A stretch of DNA of 64,000 nucleotides from Convolutriloba macropyga (lineage: Eukaryota). The notes under the pieces are model-generated. The model was not told the origin of the DNA. It saw nothing but the letters and a program-made list of their open reading frames with translations, and did not search any database. The stretch is from the NCBI RefSeq assembly GCF_964194025.1, contig NC_134468.1, positions 74,834,001-74,898,000 on the forward strand, given 5' to 3'. Below are positions 36,601 to 49,891 of this stretch, one piece after another. Numbering within the stretch: position 1 is the stretch's first letter; every line of letters begins with the position of its first letter. Both the position numbers and the translations under genes were made by a program.

Positions 36601-39600
36601 AAGACGGTTAAAAGATCCAAATTGAAGAAATTAATAGAAAAAAGCCAAAAATTAACTAAAAATCAAGAAATATGTGCCAATTTTCAACTTGAAACGCATT
36701 TTCAGGCTCTGCAAAACACTGTGGCGTCAATTTCCGAGGTTGACGTTTCAATATAGTATCGAATGAAATTTATTTCTAGAAAAAACCAAATTAAAAGCAA
36801 AAAAATTGGGCCACTTAGACGGAAAAAACGGCTAAAAACGGTTATCTATATGTGCCATTCAGTCAAAAACTACTAACTACTAACTAAACGCAGCGCATGA
36901 TCAAAGAACTTCTCTCGCTCAGCAAAAATCTGTTCACCAAGACAGCTTTTCTCACTTTCGCTTTTAGGTCAAAATGCCGCGTGAACAAATCTAATTCCTG
37001 TAAAAAAAACATAGCCGGAAGAATTCCGGAAGCGACTCGAAGCCGCAAAACCTCACAAACAAAACCCTAATTGCAGCTGAAGCAATTACCATTTGAATTC
37101 AACCACTAACTCATAACCTCCCCTGGTCTGATCTAAAAATTGGTGAAACTTAAACCACTGTCACCAAGAAAAAAATGCAGCAAAATTTTATGTTGTTGAA
37201 AATGTTTGATAACGTTAAAAAATCCGAAATAGATAAGCAGGTCAAAATACTGATGGCCTAAAACAGCTGAAAGGGCTATCAATTGCCCTCACATAATTCA
37301 TGATTCTGATCTCAAAAAGATTAGAAAAGCAAACGGCAGATAACAATCTTAGAAACTAAGTTAAATCTTTTTTTTAAAAAAAGAATACTCAAATTTAAGA
37401 ATCAGAAAACCACTATAATTACAGTTCTAATCACTGCAATTAAAACAAAAAACGGCACATACTTCTCCCTTGTTCTGCATATGCTAGACAACATGATTTA
37501 AAACTAATTCAAAAATTAAAATAATCATAGAAAAGACAAGCAGCGGAAAATGTTCAAAGGCAAAAAATCGTTTAAATTAACACCAAGGCCGGAAGGAAAT
37601 TGCAGTAGATAGTATTAAGTAGAGATTTTGGAAAAAAACTGGCTAGCAAACTCTCAGTAATGCCTTGTTTTGAATGAAATCAATTGCAAACAAAGAAATG
37701 ACGAAAATCTAAGAAAATGCTGAAATCATTCAATTTTCTAACAACTGAAACAACCAAAAATAAATGTGCCATAAAAAGCTGCCAGGACAAAATTAAAATG
37801 ATACTAACTAGAATGATAAGAACATGGACACAATATGAGGAACACCGTAATAAAAACACATTCTTGATTTTTGAAAGTCAAAAAAAAAACAAAATTCAAG
37901 AAAAACGAATACATTTCATTGTTCAGCATTAGAGACATAGAAAAGATAACTAGTCGTCCAAAATAAAGATCTATCCTCCTGAAGTGAACAAAAAAAATAA
38001 GAAAAACCAGATATCAAACATACGAAACATTAAATATTTTACAGAAAAAGGTCAAAAAACTTTTAATACTGCTTTCATGAAAAATGGAAGCTGAAAAAAT
38101 CAATATACCAAAAATAAAAATAGGTGCCAGGACAAAGCTAGAAAGTCAAAAAAAACAAAATTCAAGAAAAACAAATACAGTTCACTGCTCAACATTCGAT
38201 ACCTAGAAAAGATAACTAGTCATCCGATACAAAAATCTATCCTCCTTCTCTCGCTAGAACTTCTCTCGCTTAGAACTTCTCTCGCTTAGCGAAAATTTGT
38301 TCACCAAGACAGCTTTTCTCACTTTCGCTTTTAGGTCAAAATGCCGCGTGAACAAATCTACTTCCTGTAAAAAAAAACATAGCAGGAAGAATTCCGGAAG
38401 CGACTCGAAGCGTCAAACTTTCACTAACAAAACCGTAATTGAAGCGGGAGCCACTACACTTTGTATTAAACAATTAACTCATTACCTCTCAGGTCTGCTC
38501 TAAATGTGCTTTCAAAAATTTAAACTTAAACCACTGTCACTAAGAGAAACAAAATGCAGAAAATTTCAATATTATTGAAATCGTTTGGTAACCTTAAAAA
38601 ATCCGAAATAGTTAAGATGGTCACAAAACTGATCAGCTGAAAAAGCTGACAAGGTTAACAATTGCCCTTTAATAATTCATGATTCTATTCGCTAAAGCAA
38701 ACGGCAGATAATAATCTTAGAAACTAAGTTAAATCTTTTCAAAAAGAAAGCTCAACTTTAAGAACCAAAAAACACTTATAATTACAATTCTAATCACTGC
38801 AATTAAGACAAAAAACAACATACATTTTTTACTTCTTGTATATAAGCTAGACAACATATTTTCATACTAATTAAAAAATTAAATTGATCATAAATTGATC
38901 AGAAAAGACATAAGCAGCAGAATATATAAAGCCAAAAAATCGTTCGAGTTAACACCAAGGCCGGAAAAATGTTGCAGTAAAAAGTAATAAGTGGAAATTT
39001 TCGGAAAAGCTTGCTAGCAAACTCGCAGTACTGCCTTATGCTGAATGAAATCAAATGCAAACAAATTAAATGACGAAAATCTAAGAAAAAGCTGAAATCA
39101 TTCATTTTTAACAACTGAAAAAATCAAGACACCGAAAATAAATGTAGGTGCCAGGACAAAGCTAGAATGATACTCACTAGAATGTGCGGAATATGGCCAA
39201 AATCTAAGGAACAGCGTAACTAAAACACATTAATTTTTGAAAGTTAAAAATCAATCTAAAAAAATAAAAAAAAACGAATACATTTGATTGTTCAGCATTC
39301 AAGACATAAAGATAACTAGTCATCCGATAGAAAGATCTATCCTCCCGAAAAGATCAAAAAAAATAAGAAAAAGCAGAAATCATAAATACGAAACATTGAA
39401 ACATTTTGCAAAAAAAAAAATGGTCAAAAAACATTTACGACTGAATTTATGAAAAAGTTTGAACTGTTTTTCAAAAACTTAACGCCAAAAAAAGGTTGAA
39501 TATTTATTGAAACGAAATTAAAGTCCCTCATGTTGCACAAAAAGACTTTCTAGCGATTACAACCAAAATCCGAACAAAAAAATGACGAAAATCTGAAAAA

Positions 39601-42600
39601 AACTACCAAAATCGGATTATCATATGTACAATTGTTTTAAAAAAATTACATCGAAGTAGAAAGAGGCGTTGCGTATATAAATTATCACAGAAAAGTTGCC
39701 ATATTAACTGATTTTTGACAAAAGACGGTTAAAAGATCCAAAAATGAAGAAATTAAAAGAAAAGCCAAAAATTAACTAAAAAGTCAAAAAATATGTGCCA
39801 ATTTCCAACTTGAAACGCATTTTCAGGCTCTGCAAAACACTGTGGCATCAATTTCCGAGGTTGACATTTCAATATAGTATCGAATAAAAATTATTTCTAC
39901 ACGAAACCAAATAAATCAAAAAAATTGGATACTTAGACGAAAAAACGGCTAAAAACGGTTATCAATATGTGCCATTCAGTCAAAAACTACTTTTGAAAGT
40001 CAAAAAGTCATTCACTAAACGCAACGCATGATAAAAAAACCTCTCTCGCTTAGCGAAAATCTGTTCACCAAGACAGCTTTTCTCACTTTCGCTTTTAGGT
40101 CAAAATGCCGCGTGAACAAATCTACTTCCTGTAAAAAAAAACATAGCCGGAAGAATTCCGGAAACGACTTGATATCATACACCCAGAAAACCGGTTTTTC
40201 AGATAAATAATGTCTCTCCATGCAGAAAGCATACGTGCAGAAAAAACAACAACCTTAAGACCAGCAAAAGCAAATTTCGGCAAAATAAATACACAAAAAA
40301 ATTAGGAAATTTCAAAATAATTTTCATGTAGTTCAAGTAGACATACGAACGAAAACCGTGGTTTCATGCTATGATAGCTATTTATACAACCAAAAACTTT
40401 CCGTCAAGCCTTAATGAGCTCACAAACATCTCTGTTTTTGAAAAAAAAGTATACAAAAATTTGCGCAGAATTTCTCAATTTTTGTCAAATTGCATAGGAA
40501 GACAACTTTGTAGCAAAAGAAACTTGAATCCTTTGCAAAAAAACAGATACAGTCATGAGGCTTTCATTCAATTGATAATAAATTCAATAAAACAATAATG
40601 GGCCAAAAATCGCAAAAAAGACTTGACAATCAGCAAAGTAGGTAAAAAAAATTACAAATTAATCGCCAAAGAGACAAAAGAAACAGGATATATACTAGAA
40701 CAAAAAAATTCAAAAAAACTAAGACCCCAATACTATTCGTAGAAACTAAATACATGCCAAAACTATTAAACACCATTTTAAGCAAATTCAGTGCCGCATT
40801 ATGCCAAATAAAATGATTTGCAAACAAAAAAAATCTAAGAAAAAGGCATCAATCCTTATTTTTAAAAAACTGATGAAAACAGACCTCATTAGAACCATAG
40901 GTCTCGATTGACCGATTCATGCTAGATTGTGGAAAATAAGGACAGAAACAAACACAAAAAATAAAACTGTTCTGGATATTGAAAGTTAAAAAACAAATTA
41001 ATAAAAACAAATTAAGAATAATACGAAGAAAAACATTCACACATTCTTATTTAACATAAAATTATGTGACTATCCTCCTGTATAGATTAAAATGTGGAAA
41101 CACAGTTCAAGGAATGAAAACAATAAAATAGTACTGCAGTAAAATTGTCAAAATTTTTCAATATTGCACTTATGAAAAAATCTTGCTGAATTGCAAATAC
41201 TATTGAATTTAATTGTTCAGCATTCGAGACATATAAAAGACAACGAGTCGTCCCAAAAAGAAAATCCTTCCTCTTGAGGAGAAAAATAAAAGAAAAAGCA
41301 GAATTCAAACACACGAAACATTGAAATATTTTGCAAAAAAAATGATCAAAAAGTTTTTAAGACTGCATTTATGAAAAAAATTTTGAACGTTTTCAAAAAT
41401 TTAACACTATAAAACTACTGAATTTCTATTGAAACGAAACTAAGGTCTCTCACGTTGCACAAAAAGACTATTTTTAGTAATTAAAACCAAATTACAAACA
41501 AAAAACTGAGAAAAATTGAAAAAAAACTACCAAAATCGTATTGGAAAATGTACAATTTTATAAAACAAAATTACATCGACGTAGAAATGGGCTTTAAGTA
41601 TATGAATTATCAATAGGAAGCTGCCATATTAACTGATTTTTGACAAAAAAGACGGCTGAAAGAACCAAAAATGAAGAAATTGATTGAAAAAAGCCCAAAA
41701 TTAACTAAGAAATTTGTGTCAATTTTGAACTTGAAACGCATTTTCAGCCTCTACAAAACACTGTGGTATCAATTTCCGAGGCTTACATTTCAATATAGCA
41801 ACGAATAAAAACTTTTTGTACAAAAAACCAAACTACAAGCAAAAAAATTGGGCCACTTAGACGAAAAAACGGCTAAAAACGGTTATCTAGATGTGCCATT
41901 CTGTCAAAAATACTTTTCAAAGTCGAAAAGTCATTCACTAAACGCAGCGCATGATCAAAAAACTTCTCTCGCTTAGAAAAAGTTAGTTCACACGGCAATT
42001 TTACTCACTTTCGGTTTTAGGTCAAAAAGGCGTCTGAACGAATAGTACTTCCGGTAAAAAAAAAAAAACCTTAAGAAAACCAATACTCCTCTTCGAGTCG
42101 TAAAAAGACCGAGATAAAACCAATACTCCTCTTCGAGTCGTAAAAACCAAGAGCACCGCAATATAGCTACGCTCAGCTTACAGCTTCGCAGCTATAATAA
42201 TAGAAAACAATTACTGATATTAAAAAGTTGACGCTGCACTCACCTTTGAAAAGGTCAATTTTATTGAGCAATAACACAACTTCTTTGTCAGGCAGCATTG
42301 AAGGCGTTGAAAATAAGCTCGCCAACTCTTCTTTCACAACTTTTGGGATCTTGTTAGTATGCTTGTGGTCGACGCAGTCCACCATTAGAGCAATGACGTC
42401 ACATTGTAAGAAGGCGTTGCGAGGGTCGTCGTAGATTGATTTTGGCAATTTGTGACGTCTGGCTTGTTTGCTGGTCACAAGGCCAGGAGTGTCCCAGAAT
42501 ATCAGTTGTGTGTCATCTACACTAAACAATCAACATTTCACCTGATCAGAGTTTGGTAGCTTCTATATTGCAGTGAAAACATGTTACCAGAATACTAACA

Positions 42601-45600
42601 TTAAAAAGACAAAAACACTAGCTGACAAAGTTAACACCATGGTCATAAAAAGTCTCATGCACATTAATGTTTTTGTCAAACGAGTTTTGCTGGGGTGCAT
42701 ATGTTTGAAATAGCTCTAAAGATAAAAAAAAAGTATCTCCCGCCATTTGGGTGTGAGATATTTGAGGAAAATTGACCACTAAACAAATTGGTGGAAAAAA
42801 ATGGTGATGGGGTAAGAGGATTGGCAAAATGAGGCTTCTATCACCGACATGTGTTTCATTTGACTTACGGGCTCTTTTCCGTTTGTGCCCCCCCCCCCCC
42901 CGCGCTTAGTGGGTGCCCCCCCCCCCCCCCCGAAGAACGTGCCATATTTTTACATAATGATTTACTATGTAATGGTGCGTGCTCTAACTGGGGGGCGCAT
43001 AACGTACTGTGGTGAGGGGGGGGGGGGGTCACAAACTGCAAAGATACGACTCAAGAAAGGCCTTGACTAGCCTAATTGTTGTGATAAACTTATTTAAAAG
43101 TTTCAAACTGGCAATGATGATGAAAAATGGACACGAAAACAGCCACAGCCAAGCGTATCAAACTATCCCTCCCCTTTGAGCTATCTGGGAAAAACTCCGG
43201 TTGCAAAAGGGCCCTATCGAGGCTGTACAGAATTGAGTCCTCTAACCGAAAACCCCGACGCCAACCTAGAAGCTATAATTCAAAATGCCATTAGAAATGC
43301 CATTCCCGACATCATGGCCAAAGTGCAACAGCAACTTGAAGCATCAATCGCACGTGCTGTTCAAGATTCCCTGGCGAATTTTAAACAACAGGTCAAAACA
43401 GAAATGGTCAACCTCGAGAATAGATGCCACTTGAAAACACTGTCGGAAAGTTATGTGCACGAGTGTCGTACAACAGGCGAGATAATGTAAAAATTTTCAA
43501 TCTCAAAATGGACGAGGGCAAAACACGCGAAGAGTACAATGAGACCATTGACAAAGTACTGGAAGTCATTGATCGAGTTTTTGAGGCCTCAGAGATTTCA
43601 ATTGCTCACCACCTGCCAGTAAAACGCAATCCTATCATTAATAAGTTCAATAGAAGGTCGGCAAAACTGGACCTTCTGAAGAAGAAAGAGGTGGACGATA
43701 TGAATTATATAAGTGTGGTTGAGGACATCACCAGACCCAAATTGAAATTCTTGAACATTATGAAAACTGACAACCGCATAAAAAGTGCCTGGGTGCGTGA
43801 AGGCGTACTGCACTACATGTGGAACAACGACACTATTTCGCGTTTACAAAATTTTCGGGCTGTATGAAGGTGGCTCAGTGCTTAACTACCCCCTCTCTGA
43901 CGTTCTTGCCTGTTTCACTGGTGTTTTTCCCCCAAACAATAAATCACAAGTCTCTTGAACCCCTCCATAAACCCCCACCGTCCCGTGATAAACCCTCTAC
44001 ATCTCAACTCATTCAGATAATACCTGTTTTGCATTTAAACATCCGCTCAATCAGGAACAAACTGCTGGAATTGGAATCTTTTATATATGGACTTGAATTA
44101 GTTCCCAAAATCATATGCCTTACGGAGACACACTTAGATGATGATGATACTTCTAATTTTCGTTTGCCTGGATACTCGAACATTGATGTGAAAAATCGTA
44201 ACAAGTATGGCGGAGGGGTGATGATTCAAGTCCATGAATCATCACCCCTCCATAAATTCAAGTCCATGAATCAAAATTTTCGGGTTGTATGAAGGTGGCT
44301 CAGTGCTTAACTACCCCCTCTCTGGCGTTCTTGCCCGTTTCACTGGTGTTTTCCCCCAAACAATAACTCACAAGTCTCTTGAACCCCTCCATTAACCCCT
44401 ACCGTCCCGTGATAAACCCTCTACATCTCAACTCATCCAGATAATATCTGTTTTGTATTTACACATCCGCTCAATCAGGAACAAACTGCTGGAATTGGAA
44501 TCTTTTATATATGGACTTGAATTAGTTCCCAAAATCATATGCCTTACGGAGACACACTTAGATGATGATGATACTTCTAATTTTCGTTTGCCTGGATACT
44601 CGAACATTGATGTGAAAAATCGTAACAAGTATGGCGGAGGGGTGATGATTCAAGTCCATGAATCATCACCCCTCCATAAATTCAAGTCCATGAATCAAAA
44701 TTTTCGGGTTGTATGAAGGTGGCTCAGTGCTTAACTACCCCCTCTCTGGCGTTCTTGCCCGTTTCACTGGTGTTTTCCCCCAAACAATAACTCACAAGTC
44801 TCTTGAACCCCTCCATTAACCCCTACCGTCCCGTGATAAACCCTCTACATCTCAACTCATCCAGATAATATCTGTTTTGTATTTACACATCCGCTCAATC
44901 AGGAACAAACTGCTGGAATTGGAATCTTTTATATATGGACTTGAATTACTTCCCAAAGTCATATGCCTTACGGAGACACACTTAGATGATGATGATACTT
45001 CTAATTTTCGTTTGCCTGGATACTCGAACATTGATGTGAAAAATCGTAACAAGTATGGCGGAGGGGTGATGATTCAAGTCCATGAATCATCACCCCTCCA
45101 TAAATTCAAGTCCATGAATCAAAATTTTCGGGTTGTATGAAGGTGGCTCAGTGCTTAACTACCCCCTCTCTGGCGTTCTTGCCCGTTTCACTGGTGTTTT
45201 CCCCCAAACAATAACTCACAAGTCTCTTGAACCGCTCCATTAACCCCTACCGTCCCGTGATAAACCCTCTACATCTCAACTCATCCAGATAATATCTGTT
45301 TTGTATTTACACATCCGCTCAATCAGGAACAAACTGCTGGAATTGGAATCTTTTATATATGGACTTGAATTACTTCCCAAAGTCATATGCCTTACGGAGA
45401 CACACTTAGATGATGATAATACTTCTAATTTTCGTTTGCCTGGATACCCGAACATTGAAGTGAAAAATAGTAACAAGTATGGCGGAGGGGTGATGATTCA
45501 AGTCCATGAGAGTGCGACGATAAACAAAACCTTTCAAATTACAATTCGAAAAGGCAATATGTGTTGAAATCAACTGCCAATCGTACACTTTTAAAACCTT

Positions 45601-48600
45601 GGTGATTTACAGTAAACCTAGAACTAACAAAAACCAGTTCATTGCGTTACTTGATGAATATCTGCAAGGTAATACTTCTGCCACATTGCAATTTATAATA
45701 AGCGGTTACTTTAACATCGATACAAAATCTCAGAATTTGATTAGCAGTAACTACGTTGATATTATAAATGCAAACTGCTTCAGTCTGTTCGATAGTTCAG
45801 ATCGTCCAACTAGAGAGACTGATCATTCATCAACCTGCTTTGATCATTTCATCTATCAAAATATTCCTTCATTTAAATCAAATGTGCTGTTCCATCAAAA
45901 GATTGCAGATCATTATTCTATTCTAGCTAGTTGGTCGGTCAACGACCTCGATCAGACTGACGCAGTGTAAATTTCGAAAAACAAAAATTCATGCATGTCA
46001 TGCATGTCGGAGACAGCTCTTCGTGCATGAACTCCAAGAACACCTGAGTCTCAGGGAAGTTGAAAAATAAGTAGTCGTGATCCAAGCATTGCTTTTGAAA
46101 TCTTTCACTCGCGCTTTATTAAGGTCTTTGACAGGTTTGCCCCAATGCAAAAAAAAGGAAATCAAATCAAATAACAAACCTAAATGGTTGACAAATTCCT
46201 TGAAAAATCTTAAAAACAAGCGTAACAAAGCTCAGAGGAAATGGAAAAGTAACCACAATAATCCCGATTATCTGGCGAATTTCAACATTAAGCGTAAAAA
46301 TTTCGAAAACCCATACAAAAAACAAAAAAAACTCTTACTATGCAGATAATTTTAAGTCTTGCATTGGTTATTCAAGACAAACTTATCCTTTACTTAAGGA
46401 ATCAGTGGCAGAAGTTCGCACTCAAAAAAGATTCCTATTCTTTCCTCTTGTTATGAAGCGAACCAGTCACCCTCTCTCGATGACGTGGCAGAAAAGTTCA
46501 ATCAATATTTTGTCACTGTTCCTAATAATATTCGTCAGTCGATCAATAACGTGCTTCCTATTCCCATTCCAGACAATGACAAGTCTTTGTCTTTATACAC
46601 GGTCTCAACGTTTGAAGTTGAGGAGCTCATTGATAGCTTGGCTCACAAAGCATCATCTGGCGATGATGGCTTAGGTAATATAGTAATTAAATTATCAGAC
46701 CCTGTTACGGTTCCCTTAATGACATACATTATTAATTGTTTCTTCACTCATGGCTTCTTCCCCAAATTGCTCAAGAATGCAAAAATACTTCCCCTACACA
46801 AAGAAGGCAGTAAGTTAAAAGAAAATAACTACTGCCCTATTTAACTTTTAAATGTATGGAGTAAAATTTTTGAACGTGCTATGTATACAAGTTTATACAA
46901 ATTTTGAGCAATTCGGGCTCCTCTCACCCTGTCAATTCGGCTTGCGAAACAAGCTTAGTACCATCGATGCTTTAGTTGACTTAATGGAGAAAATAAGGGA
47001 AAACTGGAATGTTAAGAACATAAACTGCTTTTTTTTTAATCTACGGAAGGCGTTTGATACACTTGAACACACAATTTTACACAAAATAGAAAGATAAGGA
47101 ATAAGAGGTAATGTTTTGTGTTGGTTGAAATCTTATCTCTGAAGCCAAATGCAAAGAGTGGAAATCAATTGCATTTACTCGCAATGGTTGAAAGTACAAC
47201 AAGGAGTACCAAAAGGGTCTATACTAGGCTCCCTGCTTTTTCTTATCTACATAAATGGCCTACCAATTCATTGTAAACATGCTCAAGTCCTCCTTTTTGC
47301 AGATGAAACAAATCTTACGTTTCTTGATAAATCCTGCGGGGAAGTGCAAAGAGAAATTGATAATGTTAAACACTGGCTAGATGCTAATAAACTTTGTTTG
47401 AATAAAAAGACCATTCAAATGAATTTGAAGTCAAGCGAAAATAGGTTTGATATTGATAACAAGTACATTTCCATTGATACCGTATGTAAATATCTCGGCA
47501 TTTTAATTGACTTCAAGTTTTCCTTTATCTCTCATTTATCGGTGCTGAAATCGAGACTCTCTAAACAATGTGGTATTATTTCATGACTTAGGCATTATGC
47601 CCCGCGTAACAAGCTTATTGATTATAAAACGAGCATAAATTCTATTATCCAATATGGCATACTAGTCTATGGGTGCAGCAGCTATAGCAATCTGTTGCCC
47701 ATTTACAATTTACAAAAGAAAATACTTAAACTTATTTATTTCAGAAAATCCGACAGTACTAATGACAGCATTGTTAAAAATAATTTACTCAACATCTACC
47801 AGCTTCATATATACAAGTTATTGAAGGTAGTTATGAAGTAAATGAGTGGATTACATCGTGAAAGCTACCTTAATTCTTTGTTCTCGTTTTCGCCATTGAG
47901 ACCTACGCGAAGTGCATCAAAAACATTGCTAATGGAACCGTCTTGTAGGCGAATGATTGAAAAACGATCAGTTAACTTCAGAGCTTCGAAGCTCTTTAAT
48001 GCATCATTGAGTAAAGCCGATGTTCTTTCCTACAACATTATTGGATCAAATGAAGAAGATATAAAAAGTTTTTATCATAAATTTAAGGATACATTTTTGG
48101 TTAATAACGGTGATTTAGTGAAATACATCTTTGAATAATTTTTCTAGGAAATTCTAAAAAAACGACCCCATGGATAAATGCTATCAGACATCTACTTTGG
48201 GAATGGGTTTTTGTGAAAAAATTGAACTCTCAATTTCTCCTATTTTCCGAGTTATCGCAATTTTTCAAAATTTTTGAATTTTTCCTGCTAAAATTGCTTA
48301 AGAAAAAATTAGAAAAATTTTTTTAAACCGAAAAATTTTGGAGGCCTATTTCATGCCTCCAGCAGAATTAATTAGGCTGCTAATAAAATTTTGACAACTT
48401 TAGCAAAAATATTTTATAGGTTTTTGTTTTTTTAAGTCCATTTCGTTAATAAGGATGATATAGTGAAATACATCTTTGAAAAATTTTTCTAGAAAATCTT
48501 AAAACGACGTCTTGGATAAATGCTATCAAACATCTCTTTTGAGAATGGGAGTTTTGTGGAAAAATTGGAGCTCTCAATTCCTTCTAGTTTCCGAGTTTCC

Positions 48601-49810
48601 CGCTAAAATTGCTTCTGAAAAACTTAGAAAAATTTGAAGACCTAATTTATTTTGGAGGCCTCCAGAAGTTTTAACGAGCTTTGAGCTTTAATTAGGCTGC
48701 TGTTAATTTTTGACGAATGTAGCAAAATATGTTTTAAGTTTTTTCCAGTTCTTCATTTTTCTATGTTTTTGTTATCATAGGAACAACTTCTTTGTTGAAA
48801 TAGTCCTAATGCCTGGTTTACAGAGTCTCTAAGGGCAGGGCGTGTGGGTTTAAATACCCAGTTTCCTGTCCACTTGGCTCATGTTTGTACGAGTCAATAT
48901 TTACATTTATTTTTTGTACTTGCTGTTACTTATTTGGTACTTGATCAAAGAAATAAATTCTTTCCTTTCTTTCTTTCTTTGACTAGTCTAGGCATCGATC
49001 AAAATAATTATGGCGTTGAAAAAGTTTAAGCTTTTTAAAAATCTTAAAAGAGGTTGATCCACTGGACCTCCTTTCAGAAAACGGATCAGTGATATGACCA
49101 CACAAAAGGTGTCTTCGTAGCGTTGAAAATGAGAAAAATCCGAAATTTGATGACAAATTTGTCGCAAATAAGGGCTTTGCTCAACTTTGCAGTGCGTCCC
49201 TCAGTTTTGCAGAGGGTTTATATGACATTTTCTAAGGTAACCAAAGGTCCGCCATTAGTAGTGGTTCAATGAAGATGAGTTTCAGCGATGTATCACGAGA
49301 AAAAGCGGGAATGAAAATATTAGACAGGAAAATCACGTTAAAAGATCAGGAACACAAATTGTCACTTCGATCAGAAAAAAACGAACTTATCTTTTTATTA
49401 CGAACTACCTTTTCCGGGGGGGGGGGGTTGCAAATAATATGAACCCACTAGGTTGGGGGACACAAACGGAAAAGATCCAGTGATCTGCAAATTTTCTCAT
49501 TACCTTCAGTGACATATCCATGCATGACAGCTCGAGTTGTGTGCACTTTAGATGATACCGGCATAATATTTTTGCCACACAAGTTGTTAACTAGAGTCGA
49601 CTTTCCAGCATTTGGATGACCAATAATCGCTATATCCAATCTTTTAGTGTCTACATTTTGAGAGTTTTCTTGCAAATCGTTGGCATCTTTATCATGATGA
49701 CCTTGCGTTGTTAGCTTTCGAGTAACAGGCATTTGACAAAATCGGCAAGTTAGCAGAGGTTTGCCGAGAAGGGTTAGAGATGTTCGATACAATTCAAATG
49801 GGTTAACCAT
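33695..49810 (-). CDS. ERAL1: Mitochondrial Era-like GTPase, about 450 aa. Exons 49504-49810, 42244-42516, 34586-35034, 34195-34362, 33695-33850
   Basis: G1 GHPNAGKST, G2 VSSKVHTTR, G3 DTPG, G4 NKID, G5 LSALEG and KH-like C-terminus (LPY...LVLGQNA). Four GT-AG introns with consistent phases (1,1,0,0); exons total 1353 nt in frame. The start codon is inferred. Confidence 0.92.
35122..42200 (-). mobile_element. HINE-like element, copy D (about 7.1 kb, internally tandem-expanded), filling ERAL1 intron 2
   Basis: Stem-loop ccggcagattgccgg and atagctgcgaa (35145-35155) at one end; ttcgcagctat (42185-42195) at the other. Subterminal ccaatactcctcttcgagtcgtaaaaa x2 (42080-42146), as in copy A. Internal 1.4-1.9 kb repeats. 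Confidence 0.7.
43176..43960 (+). pseudogene. LINE ORF1, frameshifted
   Basis: ORFs 43176-43490 and 43424-43867 carry L1-ORF1-like RRM/CTD motifs. Confidence 0.7.
43848..45508 (+). repeat. Tandem array of 424-bp units (about 3.9 copies) covering the ORF1 end and the endonuclease N-terminus
   Basis: Units start at about 43848, 44272, 44696 and 45120. The repeated ORF stops fall at 44292, 44716 and 45140. Confidence 0.97.
45301..48138 (+). pseudogene. LINE ORF2 (APE endonuclease and RT), fragmented
   Basis: IRSIRNK, ICLTETHL, GGGVMI, GYFNID, ADHYSI, PKWLT, LRKAFDT, GVPKGSILGSLLFLIYIN, LFADET, KYLGILID. Many stops and frameshifts. Confidence 0.92.
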
Positions 49811-49891
49811 ACTTCTGAAACAAGGGGGAGAAACGTAATCAATCAAAAGTCATAAAATTATTGAAACAGCTCTACCATAAATTCATCATTA

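Larger units (their letters stand above)
43075..48978 (+). mobile_element. CR1/L2-group non-LTR retrotransposon, near full length, decayed, antisense in ERAL1 intron 1
   Basis: ORF1 (coiled coil, RRDNVKIFNL, IAHHLP, VEDIT), APE endonuclease, RT. AATAAA followed by a (TTTC)n tail at about 48950-48980. Candidate TSD ttgactagccta (43063-43074) versus ttgactagtcta (48979-48990). Confidence 0.9.

Noticed and set aside
35200-42100. Short K/F-rich ORFs inside ERAL1 intron 2
   Set aside because: They arise from A-rich repeat units and are not kept in frame between units.
43848-45508. Repeated 87-aa ORFs as a tandem gene family or CRISPR-like array
   Set aside because: They are duplicated fragments of the LINE endonuclease, with no unique spacers.
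19454-49427. Poly-G/poly-C tracts (19454, 26127, 34025, 42888, 43016, 49416) as a G-quadruplex system
   Set aside because: Simple homopolymers, mostly within repeats or introns, with no consistent arrangement.
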